64,000 nucleotides of DNA from Ruditapes philippinarum (Eukaryota): contig NW_026862991.1 in NCBI RefSeq assembly GCF_026571515.1, positions 1-64,000 of the forward strand. Direction: 5' to 3'. A program made the translations under genes and the position numbers. Positions 28,101 to 43,100 of this stretch are shown in pieces; within the stretch, counting starts at the first letter, position 1; each line of letters begins with the position of its first letter. The notes below the pieces were generated by a model. It was not told the DNA's origin. It did no database searches and worked only from the letters and a program-made list of their open reading frames with translations.

Positions 28101-31100
28101 GAACAGACGCCGGCGACTGTTCCACGTCCTTATCGCGAGTGAAGCGCGGCGGTACCGCGGCCTACCACGAGTATAATAAAGCAGCCGAACCGGGCTGTAG
28201 AAATCATCACTGAGCAGCTCATCACGGAACTCCTCGACAATGGCCGCACACACTTCACGCAATACCAGACTGATGGTGTTGTGAGGGACCCTCCAGCCAT
28301 ACTGCATCTCAAGGTACTTGGCGCCAGAAGCAAGGTGCCTCAGGGTGAGGGCAACCTTCAGGCCTGGATCAAGGGGTGCTCGCCAGTTGGTGGTCTCCTT
28401 GGTAAGGGCTGGTGTCAGTCTCTGCACAATTCCATCGAACATGGCATGTGGCATTCTCATGAAGTTCTGGAAGGCCCTTGGATCTTCATTACGGAGCTCC
28501 AACATGAGACGATCATACAGCCCCAGCTCAGGTCTCCTGCCAATCCAGTCGCGCACCCAGATGTTCCGGACCACCCTCCTCCTCCTCCTTCGTCTTCTTC
28601 TGTCAATGAGAGGCTGATGGACCTGTACCACTTGGTTCTGATGCTGCTGGAGCAGCAAGACGATGTCATCACGGTGACGGGGATCCATGTTCACGCCTTG
28701 ACGTCTGGAGCACAACTGACGAATGCTCGGCAAATCGCGCTTTTTATATACCTAAAATCAGACGTTGTACGGACGCGATTAGGCCGTGGACAATCGTATT
28801 TGGGACGTGTACAAGACGCAATTGAACGTGATTAGGCCGGTATTGGGGCGCGCTGTTTACGCGGAGAAAGGCGTTTGTCCGTGCTTACACGCGGTACACA
28901 CGCTAATGCACATGATAACAACGCGGTACAGACGCGGAACAAACGTGCTATGACCGTGCTCCAACCGCGATTACCCGCTTAAATTTCGCGTCCTACCGCG
29001 TGTAACCACGTCTTAACCGAGGCCGTAGCACGTCCTAGCACGTTCGTTCCGCGTCTGTACCGCGTCTTTACCGCGTGTGTACACGTGTACCGCCCGCAAT
29101 TACCCGCGGTCTAAATTTTTGGGCAGCCCAAAACTTTTTCGAGCGGCCAACCGCGTGTGAATTTCTTACCGCGTGTAACGACGGGTAAAGTACTGCTGTA
29201 TCGCGTCTTTATCGCGACCTCAAAGCGTCCAACAGCGTCTGCGTCACGTGCAGACATTTTTGGCCGTTATTCGGCCGCGATACGCCCGTGGAAGGCTGTG
29301 TGACCGGGCCTTTAAGAGCGCTACAGCCCCGACGGGACTGTGGCTTCTATGCGTAGTATTCTTGTTTTTATATTTGATTCAGTTTCCTTTCAAAATTACA
29401 GGTGTTGTTTGTAGCCCGGAACCGCGGCATTTGACTTCCCCGTATCAATGCATTTCCGATGTAAAATATTTGAATCATTGACGACTTCATTAATGTAAAT
29501 GAAAAATATCAAAATAATTACTTTCGTCCAAAAATCCTGCTGACCAATCACAAGGCAAGGCAGTTAGATATTTGTCTCTAAGAATTTGAACTTCTGTGCT
29601 GCACGTTTCATTTTCGCCGAGACATATGCTTGCATTTAGATTTACACTGTATACCTGTGATTTAACTGGCTCCGATATTTCCAACCTGGAATATTTGATA
29701 TTCGTTCATGCAATGTATCATTCAAAAATGTTAATTGTTAACTAAAATAATATTTTTACAATGAACTATTTAGTCAATTAGTTTATCGAGTATTTAATTT
29801 CATTCCTGGTTATTTTTAATTTGGGAAATAATATTACTTTACTGTGTTGCGACGAATACTATTTGATTTTGTTAGCGTCCGTGGTCCTATGGTTACGGTA
29901 CCTGACTTAGAACCACTGGCTCCACTCTGTTGGTACAAATCCCAGGTGTCCGTTTACTCCCGAAAAAATGCACGGAAGTGCACTTGAGGCTTCTTCCTTC
30001 AATGACGCTGGAAAGTAGTATCCTAAGGGGCCGTTGTGACATAAATTCAAACACCCCCTCCCCACCCCCATCTCCAAAAATGATATGATGAGTTATTATA
30101 CTATAATAGTAAATGTATTATATTTCTCCCATTAAATGTTTATAATTAATAGGTCAGTATAATTACTTACTCAATCTTAATCACGCCATACAAAGTAAAG
30201 GTTTGCATTTCGCCTGTAATTGAAAAACAATTCATAGCGTAATGTATACATCTGTCCGAAAAACGCATGTTTATTACGTGTATGTATTCCAACTAATAAC
30301 ACAGGCATTAAATTACGCATTAATACAAACAATATTATATTTCAGCGTATAAATATTTAATGCGATGTTCATTTTAATGAGACGCATGACGCCTTACGCT
30401 TATTACACAGTTCATGATATCAAGGCGAACAATTCTACTATCATATAAAAATTTATTTCAGCCATTAAGGTTTCTAATACCTTTTCATACTTTTGTTCTA
30501 ATCTATATCTTTGACTGTGCAAAACTTCGATCATCATGACAGTTTCTAATTAATTAATTTATTGATCAAGAAAAAACAGTCGTTTTATGTAGTGTTATAT
30601 CAAATATTGTCGAAATGGAAAAATAACAAAGTAACCGCGGAGTACCACAAGAAAAACAAAACAAAACAACAACTTCGTAATGGGATGTTTGATTAAGCTT
30701 ATTTTTAAATAACTCTTACCCCAAGTAAAGTTTCTGAACGGAATTAATTGTCTCAATTTTTCCAAGCCTACGGTTATTTCTTCCCTACAAGCATCTATTT
30801 GAACCTCGATTTGAAAATTCACCGGTATTTCAGGAGATCTTAAACAGCATAGAATACCGGAACAAAGTTCTGTAAGTGAGCATGTTGCTGGACCGTACAC
30901 GTGTAAATCAACGACATTCATAGGACAAAGGGCGATATCTGTAAGTCAAGTATTTCAACATCAGTTCAGATTTTGCAAACTGAAAACTATCAAAGCAAAC
31001 AATTTGTTAAGTATACGTATATCTTAATCATTCCGAATTTGATTAAATAGTTTAAAGAGGAAATGAAAAAGAAGGAAAGGGAACGAGTATTGATTTTAGA

Positions 31101-34100
31101 ATATACGTATTGTCATTATTAGAAAATAGTAGATTATTTGATGTCTTTATCCGAAATTTTGTCCGAATGTCGGTATTTTTGTCAATAAGCTAAAAATCTT
31201 ATGTAAATACCATTATTTGACAATTAAAAGAATGTTTTATAACATAGCATTATGTCCAGTGATACAATATAAACAATATCTTTAAGGAAAAAGTAAACCT
31301 TTTAACAAATTTAAACAAATTAAGTTAGTCTACTTTTACCTATTTTCGAGTCACTGTTCATATTGCATTCGTTCGAGAACATAAATGGTGCAACAGCAAC
31401 GTCTTCTAGCAGTTGAACAGCTTGGTATTCGTCAATAACACTGACATTGCCAGCTTCCATCCATTTGTCTAGCGAGAAGTCTAATTAAAAAATGTGTATT
31501 TATGTAATTACGGTGACATAACTTATTTTGATGTTACATGTACATTGGAGATATAATGTCTTTAAAGTATTTGTGATAACAGTTAGATTTTGAAAACGTA
31601 AGCCCGTTGCAAAAAGATCATTACAAATGTAAGCCTTTGTAAGAACATACAACTTAAATGGCAGTTGTATGGGTTAGACTAACTTCGTTAATTACCACCA
31701 GTCTGTTATTATTCCATCTGCTTGGGCGCTGACATGGTTAACCTATCTTAGGTACGTACTTAGAACATAAGAGGTTTCCGATCTATTACATGCAAACTTC
31801 GACAGTTTCCGTGCCGACGTGATATTTATTCTGTTTTTGACCAACCATATTGAAGTTTTTGTATGACAAAAAGTAATATCGAATTGTTAATAGTATATGT
31901 ATTGTTTTAAATCAAATTATACAATACCTTTGGCTATAAACCCAGCGTTGACCTCACATGGCAACTGTGGCATTATCACATCGTCAAGAACGTTCACTGA
32001 CAAGACAACTGGTTTGTGTGCTTCCAAATGTATATCTACAGTCAAATCTAACACGTATGTGTTCTTGTACATCAGATTAACAACCATGAACCTGTAAAGG
32101 TATTGGCAAAGCTTTACGTATTGATATTCCAATAACTGTTTTAAAGATGTTTTAAATATTTTATGGTCCATCATAATAACGCAGACAAAATTTTTGAATT
32201 CTGATAAAAATAAGAAAAATGAAGAGAGGTCATGTAAATGTTCGAAGTCGAGAATCTTTAATGAGTTGATCTATCTAATATATCGTTAAAGTTATAGATA
32301 AAAACATCAATTGACATTTATGACTCTCTACACGGTTTAATAGAAATAAAAGTATTGAATACAAATATTTATTTACTGTATCGCTATAAATTCATCCTAT
32401 GTCAAACACAATCTTTTACCTACCAAACCAAACAAGAATTATTGAAATAATAATTACGAGAGACTTCACGTATTAAAATATTTTGATAATAATATAAAAT
32501 AAAGAATAATATAACTTAACTAAATGATCATAGTAATTACACAAGACTATGTACACAATGCAATGAAGCAAAAACATATCGTTTTAACATATATCTAAAT
32601 ATATAAAATACCTGAAAAATTGTTCATAAACATATGAATACCAATTCAGGCAGACATTCCCTCTATCACCAGTTTTCATATGCTACTAATCTGTTATCAC
32701 AGTCTTCTTGTAGAGAGAAGCAAACTTTCACTCAGCTCACTCACGAAAAATTGCAACGAATGATGTTCAACAAGATGTCAATCGAGCAACTTAGCTTTTG
32801 AGAAGTGGAACTTCACATTCAAAGGCCACACTATCCAAAGAAAGACATTTCATCTACTTTACATTAAAATAAAATACATAAAAAATAGTATATTATGTAT
32901 TACCATAGCAACTTTTAAGAGCATGAAGATATATTTATTGAAACAAGAGAACCACTTTCATTAAACTTGTGTGAACATATTTTATATAAAATATCATTTA
33001 CAAAAAATAATTTTACTAACAGTTTGCCCAGCCATCTAAAGATCTTGCAGATGACAATGCACATTCGTTTTCCTTAAGGTATTGACCTATTCCGAGGGTA
33101 TTAGCAAGTACATCAAACTGATTCTGTGAAAGTGGTGCGCCTTTGTTAACACCATTTTCAAGTTTCCAAGTTTCCAGCGAAAAGTCTGAAAATAGATAGG
33201 GGAAAACAACGTTAAAACACAACTGTCACTTACAACGTTAAAGATTTAAACGTTTTAGAGGTGTAACGATTTATCGATGCATCGGTCCATCGCGATCTGC
33301 CCTGTCCTTGATGTATGCATCGTTATGAAACAATAAATTCCAATATATCGGGATGCATATAACATATTTCACCCGATGCATCAATGCGGAAAGTATCCAC
33401 ATTATTATGGTTTTATAATAAAAAAAGCTCTATCATAAGTAATATGCTAATAATCCTTAATTAATAAATATAGTAATGTTTGTAAATATCAAAACTTGAT
33501 AACAATTTTAATACAATTGAAGATTTTATGTTTTTATTGATAGTTGATATATAGTGGTGATATGTCTGTACAAATGATGCAAGTTTTTTAACCAGATTTG
33601 TCTGTAAATCAGTTATTTGTGTATATCGTTATGCCGCTTATGCGTCAACGTAATAATCATCAATATTGCCATCGCTATTTACATAATAGTGCGATACATT
33701 ATTCGTGAGTTACAAGTATCGTATATGTTATCGTACATAAAAAAAAATTGGTCAAAGCACAGCCTCTTTAACGTTTTATTGATATAAAAGCTTCACGTTG
33801 ATGAATCAGTGCCACTGATTACTTCTTGCGCTGGAATAGCAGAATATATATTACGCAAATTTTGATTTACAATATGATGAGCTACCTTCATTCCTAAACA
33901 TTATAATTCACAAACAATCAAACTTAATGGCACGTACCATGCTTATTGAATCATTATCCACGCATTCACTTAAGGCAAAATCATTGTTCAAAAGAACTGA
34001 AAGCATATGTAACATTTCCATACTTTCAAAGCATAGCGCTACTCATATCACAACAATGCGACCACTGAAATTTTCATCGTAACTAGATGAATGAAGACTA

Positions 34101-37100
34101 ATAATACGATACATTAAAATCACGATTAACGTTCAATCAGCACTTCCTTTAACTATCAAAGCACCATACCTTGAATGTGGCAAAATTTCTAATGAGGGAA
34201 TAAGTTTAATAATGGCAAACAAACAACCTCTTTACAACAGAAAAATATGTTGTCTAATCAAAGTCAAGTAATAAACATTAACATCACTATTGACATTTTA
34301 GTAGTTAGTGTCTTTGGAATTGTCGGGTTTTACTTAAATTTTGTACTTTCATTAAATCTTGTCATATGTCAACAAAACTGGTTTAAACTATGTGTAAATT
34401 TACAATATTTGTATAGAAATCATTTCATTCATTTATCAATCTAAATTGCTCACTCTAACTTGTAGACCCCATTCAAATAGAAACGATCCCATGANNNNNN
34501 NNNNNNNNNNNNNNNNNNNNNNNNNNNNNNNNNNNNNNNNNNNNNNNNNNNNNNNNNNNNNNNNNNNNNNNNNNNNNNNNNNNNNNNNNNNNNNNNNNNN
34601 NNNNNNNNNNNNNNNNNNNNNNNNNNNNNNNTATTTGCTTGAAAACAACTCTTATGCTTTACTGGTTTGTTTCATATTTACCACTAAAGAATAATGATGA
34701 TATAGTCTGGCTTTTATCCAAATACACCTGGTACTTAAAGAAAACATTACATATTGCTGAAAATTTCTCATAAATAATTTTACTTGAGAAGTTAAGTGTG
34801 GATTCCTTTATTAAATTCCTTTAATTAAGTAGTTAAAAACTGTGGAATGAAAATGTTCTAGTTCTTACCAAATTTGTAATCACTGATGTCTTTGACTGTG
34901 TTCATTTTCTCAATACCAACTGTTAATTGTTTTTCGCATCCGTCAACGGTGACATAAAACTGAGCAGATGTTTTAATGATATCAACTTCAAGACAACAAT
35001 GTATTTGCTACACATGTCAAAATATAGCCTTATACCTGACCATTGCAAGCTATTGCAGCAATCTGAAAAATAGACTACTGACCTTCGTTTTTAATAGCTT
35101 GAATATTAAAAGTCATTATTTTCTTTTTGTTTCTTTACTTGTTACTTAGCGCAGTTGTAAACGTGAGTCCCTTCCACTTTATTATAACTTAGGCTATTCA
35201 TGATCATTTATTACAAGTATTTGAGACCAAGTAGCCAATCATTTTATTTCGGGATGAAAAAATCTTTGACTACCGGGTCACATAAATTGTTGAAAACATA
35301 TCTTGGATCACTTTCGACACAGGCAGCAACATTTTATTGATAAAAATTTACATGTTTACCATATAAACATAAATGTATATTGAAACACTTCATCCTTTTA
35401 TAATTCTTATAAACTACAGCTTAATACTCATAATTTACTTTATCAGTAAAATCATTTTTTGGCAATTAAGTCAGGTGACCGTAATGCAAACCATGACTTA
35501 TGTCATAACTTCTAAATTAACACTTTAATTTATAGTTTTTTTTTATTAAAATACACATATTTCAAATATTTATAGTCTTTTATTAACATTTATGATTTTT
35601 ATTTGCTTAATATTATTAAGCAGGAAAATACTTCTGGGGACAGGAATACAGATGTTAATCTGAAAATAAGGTAACATAACAAAGACAAATCAAAAGTACC
35701 GGTATTCCAGCCATTCTGTGATGCAGGAAGCGTATCATGAATATAGAATTAATGTCTTCTTATACGCTCACACAATGTTTCAAAATGCTGGTTCTTTACA
35801 TCTGTACATTCCTTTTGTGATTCCCGGTCAATCACCATTCTTTTAGAGAAAATGATCATAGATAAATAGTACATGTTAGTTTTAATGATTTCAATTTCAG
35901 GATATAACAAAGTCACTGGTTTTTTGTGTTAATTGAGAAACACTTTAATAATGATTCTTCTCACACAACTATTCAATTTATTTAATAAATATGAAGGACA
36001 ATCTGAACAAAATCGAATATATTAATGTTTTGCTAAGAAAGCTTCAACTTTAAGAATACAAAAAACATGTATCGACTTACCTGGTTTCTAAATCCCTATA
36101 CTCCAAAGCATCAATTTCGGAATACTGATGGTCAAAATTGATATGATTCTCACAACTGGATTTGCGAAGCAAATGTAAATTATCATATACTACATGTATA
36201 CTCCTTCTTTTAGGTCATCTAAGCAAATCTGAAAAGAATAAATAAATTATGTTACTTAATATATATGCCCCTTTATGTTGGTCCTTCAGTCACCATTATT
36301 TATAATATTGTTGCATCCAATAACAATGTACAAATAACGACGTTTTCTAGTACATCAACTATCGGACTCTCTTATTATCTTCTAGCAAAGGATCAAGAGT
36401 ATCACTTATCTTCTAATAATTCCATTAACAAGTATCAGTTTTCCAGTCTAAACTTGATACTTAAATCTGTATAAAAGTATTACAGTTGAACATTTTCTAA
36501 AATCCATCTAGCAAATAATAATCGAATACTGTCTAATACCTCTTAATGCAAAATTCCCACTGTATGAATACAGTCTAATGATCCATTGGAGTTAAGGATC
36601 CAAAGTATGAGATTCCGTCTTTATTACTGTCTGGCGCAAAGATAAAGTATCAGTTCGTCTCTTACATCCGTCGGAAAACCAATGCCAATATTCGTCTTAA
36701 GATCCGTTCTTGCAAACGTATCAAACTATCGAGTATTCTCTTTATATCATCATAGCAACCGATCAAATTTTCGAGATTCAAAATAATTTGCCAGGGATCA
36801 GATCGGTGCTCGATTATTTTTGAATAGCAAAGAATTCATGTGTTTACTACTTCATGCATAAAAATCTTTGAGATAATTCACTTCTTTTCCTGAATGTTTA
36901 CAGAATCATTTTAATATAAATAGTTATGAAATCCAAGTCATTCCCTTGAGCTTTAAATATAAGATCGCTTAAAATAAAATTATGTCATAATTTCAAAATA
37001 AAAATACGTATCACTTAAGTGGATATTTTATGTTTAGCACGATGCTATATATACTTTGCAACCTTTTTCCTTAAACGATTTAAATGTTCCTATGCTTAGT

Positions 37101-40100
37101 GCATTATACATTTATTTAATATTGTAGTAATATCAAATTAATATTCGAAGCAGTAGTGTATCTAAGTCATACGTTTGCAATTATAAGTAATTATTTTAAA
37201 CCAAGAAAATGGTTTGCCATTCTTATAATAATACGTGATTATATGATATCATGCATCAATGATTTCAAGAAAAAAGTGTCTTAACGATCAAAAACTGTCA
37301 AAGGTAAAACAAATGCAAATTATAATATTAAAACTCGTATTACCGAAATTCGTGTCAATAATCCGCAGCTGAAAGTTAAACTGTTTATACAACTTTATTA
37401 AACCTCACATGAAGGTCTAAACTGCAATGATATCCGATTTATAAGGAAGTAAACGCAGATGCTCATTACCGTGCTTATAGTCAGTAATATACAAGACAGT
37501 CCTTACTTTTGTCACGATGTTATTGAGAGCAATCGGGATTCAATATATTCAAAATTGTTAAAACGTTCATGAATACTGCATACTCGAAGACATCTGATAT
37601 TTACAATCATGAATAGCTTTTTGAAATAAATATACGATTTGGCCAGTACCAATGTTTATTCTTATGATCGAGTATACACGTTTGCTAAATGAACATCTCT
37701 CGCGCAATTTTATTTTTACTTTATACCTTTAAAAATCACATATACAATACATTATCCAAAAATTGTAAGTTGAAACATCTTTAGCAATGCCATCAACGTG
37801 GCCATTACTTATAAGACAACACAGCTTTAATAATCGCATGAAAACAAATGACACACATATGAACATACACATTCTATCTATGAAATGAAAATACAACGGA
37901 AGAAAAGATACGCCTTAGACATCTATCAATTGATCAAGGTCAAGACTTAAACATTTAAAATACGATGAGACTACTCTTCGAGACTACCTGATGAACAGAT
38001 GGAGAATAGACATATACGTGCGAAGTCATTACATCCTTATCGTCGACAGTACATTCGACCAATCCATATCATTGCAATTATATAGCGACGTAAGATGATG
38101 CGTGCTCAGTTGCAAACCTCGTTCAGGAAACACTCGCCAAATTGAAGTCTGAAAATTGATTAATTCCCAATAATAATTTAGTGTAACAGTTTTCACACTT
38201 ACGTTTCAAAGTTTGTTTCGTATTATATTTTATCGAAAATAAAGCAAAGATTTCAAGAAGTTGATAAAAAAACTTTTATAATAAAACTTTGCATATTAAA
38301 TCTACATACAAAAATATGTGCTGACATTTTTAAAAGGATGAGCTTAGCGGGGACGAAATCACGGTGTGTTAAGAAATGGGGTACCGACCATTCGACGTAT
38401 ACTTTAAAGTTTTGATATACATGTATAACTAAGTACTATACTTATAATTCTTTTGGCCCTGTCAAACATATATTGCACGAGAGATAGCCTAGTTTTATTT
38501 ATTTTTTTGTTTGTGTACGAGAACATAGAATCCTATTGTATTCAACATTATAGAATGACCTTTTTATTTATATAACCATTGTTCTAAATTAAACAGAACT
38601 TTGTAACTTTTAGTACAGTAAGAAAATTATTTGATATGGTAGTTTTGGACACTGAAAACGGAAATAGGCTAAAGGTAGTACCTTTTTACCTGGGTGATGG
38701 AATCAATGCTAAATTCAGTATAAATGGGATTATAATATTATATAGATTGTTTGGACTCACCATTAGGCTTAATTGATAAAATTGATAAAATGATGATTTA
38801 TCTTTTTATAGAAAACCTTATGCGAACGCTAGATGTTCAGCGGATATATTTTATAAGGTGTAAAATAATTATACTTGTATCATACTTTGAGGACCTTTCT
38901 GTTGAAAATGTGTTAGAGTTAAATTGTATACATATACATGCAAAGTGCGTTAACAAGAGTGCAGGTATTAGTTACCCGCACTCCAGACCATGCCCATTGA
39001 TTGGCTCATTTTTGCTGGGTTTTACTTATTGTGACGGCAGAAAAAGTGAAAGCGACAGAAATATCATATTCAGATGCTCGTTCAATGGTTACTTTTTTCT
39101 TGGGTTTCGTATTGTGACAACAGGGAACGTGTTTTTATGTTTGACTATGATACAAAAGAGAAAAAACATAAAAAAAAACAAGACTTAGTATTTCATTACA
39201 ATGTGCAAGCAATATATATATTTTAACTTACTTTCTACAGAATTCACACTTTCCCAGTCACATATCTTTTTCGGCAAAACGGTGGATTTAAATATTTGAC
39301 TTTCAACCTGACAAGATGATGACGATTCGAAACAAATGCTGAGCTTCAGATCGACGATATAGATGTTAGACCAGAATAGATCGTTTACAGTAGCGCAAAT
39401 GATAGCATTAAATGAATGGCAAATAAAATATTTAAATCATTATGTGAAAATTATCAATACCAGTCAGTTTACATTCTACAGATAAAACATTGAGATGAAT
39501 AATAAATTTAGTTAATAGTCTCATTCCTTTAATTTATGTTACTCATACAGGTAAGTAATAAAAACTTTATTCAGAAATTATACGCCTTTAACTCACACTT
39601 CTGGCTAACGTTATAGCAGAAAAAGCCTCAAGAAGAATAATCTTCTTATTCACTTACTTAAAAAGGTAGAAATTCATATCTTCATTGCAATTCATTGTGG
39701 ATTCGATATTTTTCATCGTGACTCATATCTGAAAATATAAAATTGACTACTGTAATATTATAACTGTTATAATTGGTGTTATCGCATAATACTGCTACAG
39801 TGATATTACTATGATAAAACATCATTCGCAAGTAAGAACAGTTTCTTACGTTTCAACAGAGCCCCACTGTCACACGAAGTGTTACATATGCAAAACATCT
39901 ACGTGTTCGTCTTCGTTATGCGCATCATTATACAGTATCACTATCATTTTTAAGCAAATACACAATTAGTTCATAGATACAAATAGCGTTAATATAGAAG
40001 CACACCAGAAATACACTAGAAGTTTTATGCTTTATTGTTTTCAATACTTAATAATAGATCTAGCAGAATCTTAATATCACGTGCACCATTATGAGTGCTT

Positions 40101-43100
40101 CTCAATGAAATCAGCATAACAGAAGTGAACTGTAACTAAATTTTCGCGAAATCGCGCCTTTGTGAGAGCGCAAAGTATTTCTGCAAAGCGCCACCTTAAT
40201 AAAAAACACTTATCTGAAGTAAATCATTATGAAATGTTTTGAATTTTATGACGACTCTAAACAAATAAACTCCGTTAACGAAACGTTGACTGAATCCTGA
40301 AAAAACAGAAATCTTATAACCTGGCATACATGGAAAGATACTCTTACTAAATACTATTAATTAATTATTTTATAAATAAATATATATACACTTAGGTGAT
40401 CAGTTAGTAGGCATCAATTGTTTTTTATTTAATTTTAAATATCATTATAGCTAAAAATAAGAAATTACTTAAGTAATTAGATTAATAAGTTCAGTATTTG
40501 CACAAATCTTTCGATACATACAATACTAAGGATTAAAGAATACTCAAAATTCAGCTTCAATTACTAATGGTTTGAACAAGACTAGGAACTTCACTTAAAA
40601 TCTTTCCAGCAAAAATATCAACGAGCATCAACGGCAAACATGATCTTGAGGTTACACGAGAGTTTGTTCTAGAGACATTTAACATCCAATTGTGAACAAT
40701 GTACAAACGAATAGATGTTATTGTATCTTGTATGTGAATCGTTAAGTTGTTTAATTTAAGAGTCATAAAAAAAAATATCATTAGACCTTCTTCTTAAGCA
40801 CGTGAACCCCAGATTCCTAGCGTTTTTACGAAAATCATATATAATTAAAACTTTATTCATTATGTGCAAACATAAACGATTGAGGCAATACTTTATTATC
40901 CTAATTACCAAAATAGTATAATTCACTTTGTCATATGAAATAAATGAAAAATGTCAAATTATGTAAAAGATTATAAATCTTCAACTCCCAATTCAATCAT
41001 TTTCCTAAACAGATTTTTGGAAAATTTTGTTCGCTTATCGAATTGCATAGAGCTTAGCATATCATTATACATAATCAAACCAGATACGCTTGAAACGAAG
41101 AGAGTTTTCATTCCTGACTCTGAAAGAATGAGACTAATAATAAAAATTATTAGACAACACTGTAATGAAATAAAAGAGTCCATTAACGAAAATGATAATA
41201 AAAACAATTGAATTAAAATCAAATACTGCCATTCCATAATATCCTTTCACATAGCTGACTATAGTTGTGATTTCCTTTAACACTAGCGTGAGTACCCAAT
41301 TAATCATAACTTCTAGCAGGCAGAGTTAACTCATACCCCAGTTACTGTGAGAGATTATCCTTTTGTGCGGAGCAAAGGATGAAATCTATACGAAAAGAAA
41401 GATTTTTCATTTATAATTAAAATCCTAAACATATAATAATATACTTGTGCAATATGATCTTAATATAAGTTCATGCATTAAGATATACAAAACCATTAAT
41501 TATGAAATGTCAATTATATATAATATTTTTCATATCTCATATGGCAGCTATTACATATGTATGATCAGTTGAAATTGTAGCTTTTTTTTCAAAATATTAA
41601 TGATCATAATGTAAAACTTTAAATATTAAATTTAAAATCTGTTAACTCTGCAATGACGAAGCTTGATCTAATATCACATGCATTGTTTTTAATGAGATAT
41701 TATTAAGCCGTTTACAATATTCTCACATTTGCGTAATTCCCAAACAAACAGCCATTTGTACAGTTAAAAGGTGACCATTCCTGACTACACGTAGATCATC
41801 AACGGAATATCCTGTAAAATTATGAATCATGGATTGAATAATTGAATATTTTTATTGAAAGTACATGTATCCAAGCAAATAAACCGTACTTAAATATTTC
41901 TTTATACATAAAAGTGCTTTTTTATCAGAAAAACCTCTCAGTAAAAATAAACAAGAGGCCATGATGGCCCTAAAATTGCTCACCTGTAATAAGGCCCCCG
42001 GGGCGGGACCAATTTTAAACCAGGAATTTTATTTGAACAACTTGTAGACACCATTTAGAAGAGTTTATGCTAAATATCTTGAATGGGTTTTCAAAGAAAA
42101 CGTGTTTAAGTTTACTATATACATAAAGGGGAAAAACAATGACTCTTGGCGCGGGGCCAATTTTGATCCAAGGTCTTTAGTTTTGAGCATATCTTGTACA
42201 CATCTACTATGAAATGTTTCATGATAAAAGTCTAAGTCTAGCTATTTGGGCTTTTTAAAAGATGATTTTTAAAAGTTTTTATTATATACAAATAAGGAAA
42301 ATCAATGACCACCCGGGACGGGGCCAATTTTGACCACAGGGGTTTTATTTTTTGTAGAATTTCCATTAATTTATTAAAACTTTACCTCATTCTTATCACA
42401 CCAAACAGATCAAATTGTTTCTCTTTCCCTGCAATGTATTTAAAATAAAGATGTTCAAACATACATTTATTAATAATTAAAAAAATCCTTTCCATATCAA
42501 TGTATGAAACGAATGATCAATATGTTTTCAAACGCAGATTGAATATAGCTATTGCATCCATGTGGTTCTTTTTCATTCTAAATAACATATAACATTTCAA
42601 AAACAGTTTTAATATTATTCATTTACTTCATTCTCATTATTCTTACCCCAATCATAATCGAGCAGTGATATTTCAAACGAAAGTTTCTCTATAGCAACTG
42701 TCAATGTCATTTTACATCGGTCTACTTGCAGACTCATTGCAAAATTACGCTGAAGAAGTGTGGAGTGCATACAACAGTCAATGGCATTGCATGTCTTGCT
42801 GAGTGTACATAAAATGTTATCCTGCAGATTGGGTAACAGAACATCGAGAAGGCATTCTGAAAATAACAAAAGCATTTAAGAATTCATTTCAGAAACACTA
42901 TAATTTGTTCTTTCTTTTTTTATATAAACATTGGTTTTAATCAAAGTCAAAAACATACTTTCTCGCTTACCTTTATTCCAACTTGTATTAGTATGTATTT
43001 TACAAACGTCTTCCTTTAGGTATGTAGATATGCCCAGTTCCTCATATAACATGGACATAGGCAAAACCTCGACAAGTCCTGAAACAAGACCTTTGTCTGC

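Noticed and set aside
28281-28835. 184-aa + strand ORF as a second Harbinger gene
   Set aside because: Antisense shadow of the GC-rich transposase fragment; no Myb/SANT motif
36330-36830. Degenerate short tandem repeat (tctagcaaa/aagtatca motifs)
   Set aside because: Period cannot be fixed; region is garbled, so not reported as a feature
38751-39188. 145-aa + strand ORF
   Set aside because: No recognisable motif, AT-rich, non-ATG start, lies in the low-quality zone
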